Source: Bugula neritina
Taxonomy: Eukaryota > Animalia > Bryozoa
Length of the DNA stretch: 64,000 nucleotides
Direction of reading: 5' to 3'
Assembly (NCBI GenBank): GCA_964035545.1
Contig: OZ037766.1
Coordinates: forward strand, 6,066,722-6,130,721
Positions within the stretch are counted from its first letter, which is position 1, and the number at the start of each line of letters is the position of its first letter. Below the pieces are notes generated by a model. The model was not told where the DNA came from and did not search any database. It worked only from the letters and a program-made list of their open reading frames with translations. Shown here piece after piece: positions 36,480 to 47,668 of the stretch. Both the position numbers and the translations under genes were made by a program.

Positions 36480-39400
36480 ATGACTGCTAGACACCAGTTG
36501 GCCCCAAACTCCAAGTGCGCTGTCTGCAATGATGACGCTAGCGGATTTCATTATGGGGTGGACTCTTGTGAAGGGTGTAAAGTAAGTGCCTTACTGTGTA
36601 TGTATGCCTAGTATGTCTGCTTTTTAGCTACAGAAAATGCAAAATTTTAGAACTTTGTGCTAAGATTTAATACATTATAGTTTATACAGTCAAGTGTTTA
36701 TTTGTAATTTAAACTGAAAGCTCTGCAAAAGAACTTGCCAAAGTTTTAGGAATCTATAAAAATTTGTCCCAAACCAGTAAGAGATTTGTTTAATTCAAGT
36801 TGCAGTAAATAGTTAGATTGCCCTAATTTTTGAAGTTCTAAACCCCAAACTTGTAGGGCTCACATTTCACAACATGCATCAATAAAGAGCATAGGTTTTT
36901 GTTGTCGTTTACTATTGCTTTGGGTTGCTTTCAACTTAGTCTTTGTTGGAACCCACCCTTACCAGGAGGCACAGGAGGACACAAGCCTCTCAGTCTAGAA
37001 GCCGGTGTTTCAACTTCCAGCAATGTCATTTCTAACAAAATCCTGGTGCCATGCTGGGTCTGTTTTGATCAACACATGGAAGATGAGGCTAGTGTGCCAA
37101 TTTATCAGTTCACTGCTTCCTACTAACTGGAAACCAGTGGGACACATGTTGACCCGCCATTGACCAGCTGTGTGACATTCAACGACACAGGATATTGTTG
37201 GAAGGAGCTCTGCATTCACTATGCTGTACAGTTCACTTGTGGATACTATTTCCTAGTCACAATAGAAGGAGCTCCTCTCCTTTACAGACTTGCTGGGTGG
37301 AAAATTGCTAAAAGCAGCACGGAGTTGGTAGTCACCGAGTGCAGTAGTTTGAAAGTTTGAAGTTGGGGTTTGGATCAGAACTGTGAACCCCCAACTCCAA
37401 ACTTGCTACCACTTGGCTCTCTCTCTAAAACCTGGTCTTTGAACTTGCTCTCTCTCTCATTGGCCCCTTCCCTCCCTCTCCCTTGCACTCTCATTGGTGT
37501 TGCCATCAGTCATCTCTCAGGTCACCTCTCAGGTGACCTCTCAGTGGTTGCTCTGTTAATTAAGTGCTTCTCAACTTTAATTATCATAGTTGATGAAAAC
37601 TATAGCCTACTTACACAACTGGAAGTCCATTGTGGTCTCTTTCATATCCAACTGTCCATAACATGAGATTTATGGGCTATTTGGTGTAACCATTCAGGGC
37701 GTTCATGAGGCAATATTTTACTAGTAGCCGTAACACTACTTATCAACTTGTTTTTCATAGTACCTATAGGTGACGGAGCCTTTCATGTCGTCGGGTACCC
37801 TTATAACTTGCACATTAGTGCTGTTATATATGCAAACCTAACAGGTGCTACATCTCTTGATATGTCGAGTATAGGTACACTCAGTTCTAGTTCTTTAGTT
37901 CAAAAGCTTTTCTCACCTGAGTGAAAAGTACAGCCACTAGTTGCTGGTAGGTATTTTACCGCAGATACCATTTTAAACAATCATCACATCACAGCAAATT
38001 ATCACAAAGTTTTTGGCAAGAGCTGTCACTACTAATGAGCTTTATTTAACAAGAAGCTAGCAGTTTCCCCTCCAGACTTGTTAAAGCGCAAAAATATAGA
38101 CAGTGATGGAGAAATAATAGTGTTTTGCTTCCCCAGTACCTAGTCTAAGAGAGTGGGTGGTAGCTAAAGTGGTGCTAGTAGTAGTAGCTGCAGTAGTATG
38201 GCAACTTAACCTTGTCTTGAAGCTTAGATTTCCACCTCTACCTAAAAGCTATACTGTATAAATCTAGCTGCTGGCCTTGAAAATACAGGTAAAACATGCT
38301 CTATACTTGGGACGCAATTGTTTAGTTGTAGAAGCTGGATTGTTTTCCTTTCCTGAACACATCTATACACGGTTGTAGGCATCACTGCTAATACACAGTA
38401 CAGATTGAGTTGATGTTTTGTTTTAATCAAGTCTGCCATGTGTTTTTATACAATGTTTATGCTGCAGCCTATGCAATTATTCTTCCATTACACTCATATG
38501 CAGGCAATGTGAATACAGTACTGTAGACTGGCTAATAAACCATGTGGCTAATTTTCCTTGTTGCAAATTTATGTTTTTGTTCTCCCAGTTGATGGTAGCC
38601 AACTGGCATCCATTGTGGTAGTCGGTGGTTCTAGTTTAGTACTATTTACTCCTTATAAAGGCTTTTTCTTAGATTCTTGGAATTTTTTAGCACTGCACCA
38701 ACTAGTAAAGTATGTGAAACTGATTTCACTTGTAGCCCAGACTATACAGCACTGATAAATCAATAGCCACATGTTTTGCAGATGTCTATTTCAGTTCATA
38801 GTACTTTCTAAGAAATATGCGAGTAGTATTGCCTAGTAAAGCAGCCATACTTCTGCAACCTACAGCCATACTTCTGCAACCTACAGTCTAGGACTGGTCA
38901 GTCCTGCTGTTGACTGGTTGTGCCAGCTAAGTTATGATTGACATATAATTATTATTATTGAGTACTACTAAAATGTTGTTAGACTTCATCAACAAAGCTA
39001 TTTATTACTTGCACTAGATAAATAAACACCATTGTTTGGCCAGTGGTACTGGGATACTCTGGTAGCAACCAAATACCAGACTATCTCCCAAAATAACTTG
39101 AGTTTAGCTTCTCTCCCACTCTGTTTATTAAGAGAACATTCTAAATCAACACTGTTGTGGTTTCTCTACCCTGTCTAGTAATGGTTGCAGCTGTTGGTGA
39201 AAATATTATGTTGATGGACTCAAAATGATAATCTGTGTTGTCAAGGAGTGTTCAGTATAAGTAAATCTGTGATACTAGTAATGCTTTTAGAAATGAGAAT
39301 ATTTTGACAAGGTAAAGACATGTTTAGCTAGTAGAAATTATCTTTCCCTTCATTGGCCATTCTAGTCGCCAGTGCATCTGGCCTCTCTCCTTATCTGTCT

Positions 39401-42400
39401 TGACAATATGATAATTTGATATTCCTGTGAGGCCATCATCTCCAATCGCTGTTTACCTTCACAACACTGCTTGGCAGGCAAGTGGTTAGTGCAAATGTCA
39501 AGGTCCTAGTGGGGTGACTGATTAGCATTTGAGTCTCAGTAATATTTTTGGACAAAAAGATAATATTTTATCAGTTTGTTATATCCTTTGTACTTGGACC
39601 AGTACTAGAGTGTGCTTTAGCTTTCACTTGAACTTTTTATTCCTAAGAATGCACCTTTAACCGATTTTCGATTTCACACGAGTTTGCTGCAACCCAATAC
39701 TTCCAGCCGGGTGGTTTCACTGAATGGATATGATAACCTGCAACCAGAAGCTAATCTACTGGAATGTTCCATTTACTATTTCTATTGCTTTGTTTAAAAA
39801 TAGCTTTAAAGACATTGTTAAAGCCATATTTCTGACTATTGTCTGCTCTATAGTTGAAGATATTGTATCTAACCACTGCCACTCAATAAGGCATACCTAG
39901 CTTCTTATTCACTACTCAAACCTTATATGAACTTCACTCAAGGCTGCTAAAATGTGTTTGCTGTTACATGTGAACAATTAATAATGGACACCGTAATTGG
40001 CTAGCAATGGTGGATTAATATTTCTATTTAATTACATGTAACTACTGAATTCAGTCTCCCGTCATTTTAGCTTACTAACTTTTTTACTGTCTCAGCTGTA
40101 ATAGGCTAAAATTGTCAGTCGGAGAGAATATTGTTATACTCCAATGCAGCAGTAAACTTTCATTTTAGGGCTTCTTCAGAAGGTGCATTACTCAGGGTAT
40201 AAATTTTCGGTGTTCCAATGAGGAGAAATGTCAGATCACTCCATTCACACGAAACAGCTGCCAGTACTGCAGGTTGAAGAGATGTTTCCAAGTGGGCATG
40301 TCCAGGGAAGGTTAGTAACTGCTAGTCAACTGGTCTTTGGGTGTGTACAAGGTGTTACTCATGGCCTCTACCATCAGATATGCAGATATGCCGTGGCTGG
40401 TACACTACAAGACATATAAGTATATATATTTTGGCTCACTGATAAAAACAAATATAATGCCAAGTTGTTGAAATTGTTTTATAGTATAAAGATTGACCCA
40501 GCGGGTCACCTCTGCACCTAGTTATTGAACTGACATCCTGAAGCACTGAGAAGTGGCATGCCTTTACCTGTAGTAGTTACCTGTAGCATTTACTGGTAGA
40601 ATTTCCCTGAGTGAACCTTGAGTGGTGGTGTTGAACAGCTCTTGTTTTCTCTATTTTTGTCCTTCTATGAAGTCGCTAGAAGCAGCACCGAGTTGGGGGT
40701 GACTGGGTACGGTGTTTGTATCATTAGTATCTGACCCTGCCCAAATTACTGCACTCACTCACCCCCAGCTCGGAGCTGCTTATAAAACCATTTTTAAACT
40801 CTGGTGTTTTAAGCTCATTGAAGTCTACATTGGTTTTACAGCCTCCCGACTGGGTAGAAGACCTAAAAAGGTGATGAAATCGAGTAGCATGTCATCACGA
40901 GACCTGCACGTTCAGCTCAGTAAACACATGGACACTAAAAGTACGAGTAACGGGCCCTCATCCTCTCTGAACAACTGGGACTGTCCACAGCTGGCCAGCG
41001 CCACACTCTCCGACATGTTCGGTTGTCCTCCAGATATGATGAAGAACCTCAGTCAGATGATGAGTGGCGGGGGCTTGCCTTTCCCACCCTTCTCCGCTCA
41101 GCCGGGCGACAACTCCCACTCGCTTAAGGGTCAACCAGAGGGAGCTGCGAATATCAACAATTCTTCCGCCATGGACTTGTCTCAATCAGCCTTGTCTGAT
41201 TCAGCCTCAAGTAGAAATGTGACGCACAATGACCTGAACAAGTGGAGAGAGAAGCAGTTTGAGGTGATGAGTAAGTACATGCATAACAAGGAGCTGTCGT
41301 CAGCTTCGGATCACAGCATGTCCGACAGCGACATGGCAGTAGGTAGGACAGATGAGGTGGTGAGTAAAGGCAGCTCACCTACCAGTACAGATACTTCACC
41401 CGCTAGTTTTACGAGTGGATCTAGCGACAGCGGGGTGCCTAGTCCCTGCAGCATCACACATGTGTCTGAAGAACAGCTGCAGCGAATTCGAATGCTGTCA
41501 GAGTATGTGCAGGAGAGCTATGAGCACATGTACGACTTAGTGGTTGAGGTACAAAATGGTATCATAGACAGCCACATGGAGCACTGCTATCAACTCAGAC
41601 CTAGAATAAATGCTGCCTCAGCCGAGATTGATGCCAAGGAGCAGGTAGGCATTGACTCATTTTATTTTTATATCTAGAGAGTAGAGTGTTTGTTGTAAGC
41701 GCAACATAAGTGGTTCGATCTCTAGTAAAAGCAGTTGGTGAATGGTGATGTTGGTAGGGCATTCAGTCATAATTGTTCTGTTGCCACAATAGTGAAAGAG
41801 TAACAAAGTATTTAGCCTATTTAAAAACCCTTTCTATCAGGAGTCCTCACAGGGATGGAAGCTTATCTAGAGTGTTTGTTAAGTCACATTATGTGCTGGG
41901 TGTGAAGTGGTAACCATAGTGATCATTGGTCGGTATCAAACTCCAAGGTTTTAGCGTCGGTATTACATGACCACACGGTTTCCATATGCATCGTAATACG
42001 GCACGCGATATGCCCTCTGGAGAGATAGAACTTGTTGTCACTGTCTAACACCTGTGACATTTCTATAGCCACACCATCTCACTGTAAGTCCCAAGACATT
42101 AATTATGTACTGTTTAATAGGTGATGTAGAATAGGCTGGCTAGTTCTAGTCATATTGATAAATAGGCTGGTGTCAGGGGAGTTGGAACCTATTTCAAAGT
42201 GTGCTATAGTTTACCTTCATTCTGTAATAATCAAATAATCTATGAAAAGGCAGCCTTTGTTTTCACCTTTTTAGAAATTTATGTGCAGTTTGGCTCTTGT
42301 CAATTTGAATTTGATGAGTTTAACTGAGACTCACACAGAGAAATGGTTTTATAAGCAGCTTCGAGTTGGGAGTGACGTAGTGCAGTAGTTAGGGGGGTCG

Positions 42401-45400
42401 CGAGTTTGGAGTTGAGGACATAACTCTAAACTTCAGACCCCCTTCCCTAAAATCATTCTTCACTCCCAACTTGGAGCTGCTTATAGAACCATTCCACACA
42501 GAGTGTGTTATTAGCTGTATATTCTCTAGTTTCTGTTTACTTTAGGCTGGGGAGGATGTGAAACCACCCCCTGGTTTCTGGCCCCACTGGCTGACAGAAC
42601 TAATGCCTGCTATTGAAAGGGTCGTTAGATTTCTGAAGGACACGCCTGGGTTTAGGGAGTTGCCCATCAATGACCAAATAATCCTGATAAAGAAGGGGGC
42701 GTATGACATTGTGATGTCTCAGCTGATGCCGATGGTGGATCCAGACCGGCTAACTATTCTAGACCCCCAGCTGAAGTACCGAAACACAAAGTATGTTAGC
42801 ATAACGTTCTTTGTTACCTGCTCACGTCTATTCCTGGTAGACATGGAAAGTTGATCAACGAGTAATTTTGGTATTTTCTAGAAGTAAACTGTGTTATATG
42901 CAATCTAGTCACTAGTGTGCTATACAGTGTAGTCTGCTATACAGTGTAGTCTGCTATACAGTGTAGTCTGCTATACAGTGTAGTCTGCTATACAGTGTAG
43001 TCTGCTATGCAGTGTAGTCTGCTATACAGTCTAGTCTGCTATACAGTGTAGCCTGCTATACAGTGTAGCCTGCTATACAGTGTAGCCTGCTATACAGTGT
43101 AGCCTGCTATACAGGGTAGCCTGCTATACAGTGTAGTCTGCTATACAGTGTAGCCTGCTATACAGTGTAGCCTGTTATACAGTGTAGTCTGCTATACAGT
43201 GTAGTCTGCTATACAGTGTAGTCTGCTATACAGTGTAGTCTGCTATACAGTGTAGTCTGCTATACAGTGTAGTCTGCTATACAGTGTAGTCTGCTATACA
43301 GTGTAGTCTGCTATACAGTGTAGTCTGCTATACAGTGTAGTCTGCTATACAGTGTAGTCTGCTATACAGTGTAGTCTGCTACGCAGGGTAGTCTGCTACG
43401 CAGGGTAGTAGGTAAGGGGTTCACTCCAAACTGCTAGGTGAATTGACATCGCAGGCCATTTTCATTATATATAACATGTAGCTACATTTGTTACAAATTC
43501 ATTGACTGTTACACAATTATAAAACATGTGTTGGATACCATACTAGTAACATTTTATAGTTCATATTTAATACAATAAGATCTTTAAATGTATTGTGTTT
43601 GTTTATGAACTTTCACAAACTTAACAATTTTTCAACTGACCAAAAGATTGCCATCCCTAATCTACCGAAGTATAGCTGAACAATTTTTACTGTTGAATAG
43701 TTATTCTTCAAATGCTAATGCAATACAAGATCTCTGTTCTTCAAAGACAATTCTTAAGCGTGAAATGCTGGTTGTGCACCAGAAATGGTCATCTTCTGTT
43801 GCTTTTAATGCAAGAATAAACGAGTAGTTATTCTATATAGAAAAACCACATAGCCCTAGTATTTAGGGAGCTAGTTCAGTAGATAGAGATTGTTGTGCTG
43901 GTGGCAGGTGTAAGACTGATAGCTTGAATTCTATAACCTTCATTGATGACATAAAAAAGGCATCATCTAATCAAAACTGCTTCTGGGCTTCTTGAAGCCC
44001 AGTTGTTTTTCGAAAGTGCCTTGAGACAAAAGAAGTTCCTGGCCTTGAAGAATACCTCAATGTCAGGTGGTCACAGGAATTGCAATATTGAGTTTTTTGT
44101 AATCCCGAAGTCTACTCTATCAGGGTGTATTTTTTGTCTTTTCTTCGAATACCCATAAAGCAATATTGTTTTTGCCTTTATGCTTTCTAACCATAATATC
44201 TGTGGGCTACTGGTTAACTTCTCTCCTAAATATAGAACATGCACTTTCAGCTCTGTGGAAAGTTTTATTGAACGTAAAAGCACAATCTGTATTATCCCTG
44301 TGACCTCACTTGCAAAATATTTTCATAGAAATGAGAATCGGGCACTCAAGGCGCCTTATCATCCAGCAGCTTAGATTTTACTTTATACAAAAATTTGTTG
44401 CATCAAATCTTTACCCCTGGCAGTCTACCCTAATCATACTACATGTTCCTAAAGCAGTTCTGTGTAGCTGTGATGATTTACAGTAGTTATCCACCTTTGA
44501 TATTTGTGTATGCGGGCTCACTTCTAAGGGTCAGTACACTGCACACACTGTTTATTACCATCACAGTTTAAACTCAGCCTGAATAGAAGTACTGAGGGAA
44601 GTATAAGCCCTGTTTAATTAGTAAGTGATTCATTGTGTGGTTTTTTGTCTGCGTGGTTGTTTCGTTGATTCATATCTTCTGACATTTTGAGTAGACTTTA
44701 AAAGTGTTACTGAACATTTTTCAAATTAATTGGTTCACTTTCTAACCCAATAAATGCAATATTATATCAGACAGCAAACCCAATGTCATTCAAGGTGGCT
44801 TTCATTGGTTTTAATTTTTCTCTTTCATTGGAAGGAAATTGAATCGTAGCTGATGATCTGGTGATTTCCCTTTGGACTGTAGCACTGTCTGCAAGCAGTG
44901 GAAATATTGACTACTCTGTATAGCAGTTCCTCCTAAAATAATATTTTTTGCATTGGCATTTAGTTCATATGTATTTGGTTTTTTCTAAATTTTGTAAAAT
45001 AAATTGTGTAATCTATAGTAAACTTGAAGTTTTAAGGGCTGTGTAACACTACGTCCCCATTTGAAGCATGATAATTTAGTGTAAAAAATGTCTGAATTAC
45101 CTGTAGAAATGATTGCGTACACCTGCCTCCACCAATCAGAATGCTGTTTGAAGACTATTTCGTGCTGTCTAAAGAATTCAAGACTTCCTGTATAACAGAT
45201 ACTGAGACGGGTCTTCTGAACGCTCTGCTCGGAGTGAATTCATGTATGTACACTGTATATATAGTTATAGTATAATATGCACTCTCTGTGTATATATTGT
45301 CATATTTTAACGTACATTTTGTATATAGTTATATTATAACGTACACTGTGTATATAGTCATATTCTAACGTACACTGTGTATATAGTCATATTCTAACGT

Positions 45401-46760
45401 ACACTGTGTATATAGTGGTGCCAGGTTTCGAGAACGCCAAGGCTGTGAAGAAACTAGAATGTCTGTTTGTGCAGACCCTTCATGACTACGTCACCAAGAA
45501 CTATCCCAGTGAGTATGCTTACTACTATATACTTACTACTATACTCTTACTTACTGCTATATACTTACTACTATACTCACTAGTACATACTCACTTAGCA
45601 TATACTCACTAGTAGGTATACTAGTAGTGAGTGCTGTAGAGCTCTACTAACAATGACACTATGGCAGATAAGCTCATATCCTACTGTCACCAAGTATAAC
45701 CATCTGCTACTCTCAACACCTACAGCTACCTCTATTTTCTAGGCATTTGCAGTATTTATTGCCAAAGCTGTGGTTTTCTTGAAAATTTTATATAGCTAAA
45801 AATAAAACCAGTAAACATAAATTCAGCTGAAAGTCATATTTGTAAATGTGTAAGCATCCTTTCTCGGCAAAAAAGCATATTTGCGCAATTATGATGTTGT
45901 GTTTATGTATTGGTTTAAAGGTGAACATGCCTATTCTAAAAATCCATGCACAAATGCCTGCACTTTGTAAAATCACTAAAAAAAATTAAATAAGATTTGA
46001 TCAGAAAAGAGTTACTGGCTGTGTTATCCAAACTCTGGCCTACAAGTGCATGCATTGTGTGATGTATCATCACGTTAAAGTTCTAGCTGTTTAATGGGCT
46101 AAAAATGATGGCAACCTACGAAGATGTTGTGCCGATAATATTCTTGAAACATGCACTCAAAGTACAGAGACCTGCTGGTTAGGGGAGCAATGCTAGCGTA
46201 ACTATGCCAAGTATAGAGAAGCCTAGAATTAAGACCCTGTTATGATTTTCCCAACAGCTGCACTATACTTCTGCCCAGCATATGTAGTGTTGTGATATTA
46301 TAGGGTAGATAGGGTCCTAATCAATAGCTTAACTTTAAAACATGCCACCATACAAATTCTCTCCATTCATGCTATGATTAACCTATGATTATGCCTTTTT
46401 TGTTGTTACAAAATAAAGCCTTGAGAACTTTTTACATGAAAACTTGTGTAGAACTAAGATGGCCCCCAAACTTGCAGATTTTAATATTACTAAAAGGTCT
46501 ATCGGCTTGTTTCATTGAAGGAATGTAATTGAAAATGCCAGGAAATCAGCCATTTTGAATTTTAAAAAATAATAAATCATTGGAATGTACTTTACTCTTT
46601 TTTATTTATAGATCAGCCGAAAAGGTTCGAGTCTTTGCTTCGTCTCATCCCCGCTGTGGATAACGCCAGTCAAGCTCACATCAATTCTCTACACAGCATC
46701 AAAGCCAAGGCGCCTCCATCAGAATTGGCGTTTCCACCATTGCATGCAGAAATCTGGTAG
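36480..46760 (+). CDS. Nuclear receptor, NR1 subfamily (NR1C/D/E/F-related; Rev-erb/E75/ROR-like DBD extension)
   Basis: Exons: 36480-36581 ([22 protein letters not shown]), 40169-40310 ([10 protein letters not shown]...[20 protein letters not shown]), 40842-41644 (ASRLGRRPK, long Ser-rich hinge), 42546-42790 (LBD signature [21 protein letters not shown]), 45107-45243, 45416-45508, 46612-46760 (AF-2 FPPLHAEIW*). All junctions keep frame. Confidence 0.93.
40677..40790. mobile_element. MITE family A, copy 2 (internally shortened)
   Basis: TAGAAGCAGCACCGAGTTGGGGGTGA ... TCACCCCCAGCTCGGAGCTGCTTATAAAACCA. Confidence 0.7.
41680..41860 (+). mobile_element. Possible degenerate tRNA-derived SINE (similar piece ~43865-44000)
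   Basis: B-box-like GGTTCGATCT followed by GATG...GGCAT...AA(A)CTG/TTG-like core in both places. Weak. Confidence 0.25.
42341..42494. mobile_element. MITE family A, copy 3, with TSD
   Basis: TIRs AATGGTTTTATAAGCAGCTTCGAGTTGGGAGTGA / TCACTCCCAACTTGGAGCTGCTTATAGAACCATT, flanked by direct repeat CACACAGAG (42332-42340, 42495-42503; 8-9-bp TSD). Confidence 0.8.
42918..43409. repeat. 17-bp minisatellite (CTGCTATACAGTGTAGT), about 28 copies
   Basis: Head-to-tail units with few variants and no spacers. Confidence 0.97.
45250..45415. repeat. ~29-bp tandem repeat forming most of an NR intron
   Basis: TCATATTCTAACGTACACTGTGTATATAG units; the last unit supplies the acceptor AG. Confidence 0.85.
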
Positions 46761-47668
46761 TTAGCACCACTTCTAGTGCGTTGACCATATTTCCACAGTA
46801 TGAGATGATAACAGTATATTTTAGAAGTCATCCAAACATAAGAATGTACATATACACATGGTTATCTAATAGAGCCAGCTTCCATGTTGATAGCTGGGAG
46901 ATGTATTGCATATCAGCCACTTCTGTTTCATTATACTCTGTACAGCATTATAAGAGGGGCCTAATTATTCTAATTACCAAGAAGTAGCAATTATTATTAT
47001 CATCACACATTCTTTATTAGGTACAAGGTACTATATACTTTACTGGTTTGTATATTTCAATAGACACATGGTTATGTGCCTGGAGGTAACTTGATGCTTG
47101 TAGTTATTGTAAATCATAACATAGATATTTTGTATATAACATGTTTAATTTTGTGAAATTCACTCAGTGCCAGACTAATATTTTTATTGTTAGCAGATTT
47201 CAGCATTTGTTATATGATAGTTACGGGTTTAAACACAGAAATGTGATATTTTTTATATGGTTTCTTACTACACAAGGCTTGTAATTTTTCTACAGTGTAA
47301 ATACAAATTGAAATTTTAAACCCTAGTTCAGCTGTGTATGAGTGAAGCTGCATTAACCATTCGGATGGCAATTAATGTAATAAGATTAACCCAGTTGATC
47401 ACGTATCTTGTGTCCTGCTAACAGAAGTTCATGAGGACTCTGGGTGAGTAGGTATGTAGGTCACTGGCATTAAAACATCAGGCCACCTGAGCTACTATAT
47501 TCTACACTCTAGCAGGGATAGATATTATATAGCTTTTATAGAAGAGACTTTGACTGGCTTCTTTTTCACAAGAATTGAAAAGGTATTTTGACAGTGAATA
47601 GAAAATATTTTATTACATATTCGAATTAGAACTCGTAGTTGCACAGAGGTAATAGTTTACATGTAATG

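Noticed and set aside
42918-43409. CRISPR-like array
   Set aside because: Contiguous 17-bp units without unique spacers in a eukaryotic intron; an ordinary minisatellite.
44320-44374. KAPYHPAA resembling the integrase APYHP motif
   Set aside because: Too short, with no other integrase motifs nearby; may be chance or an unrecognisably decayed relic.
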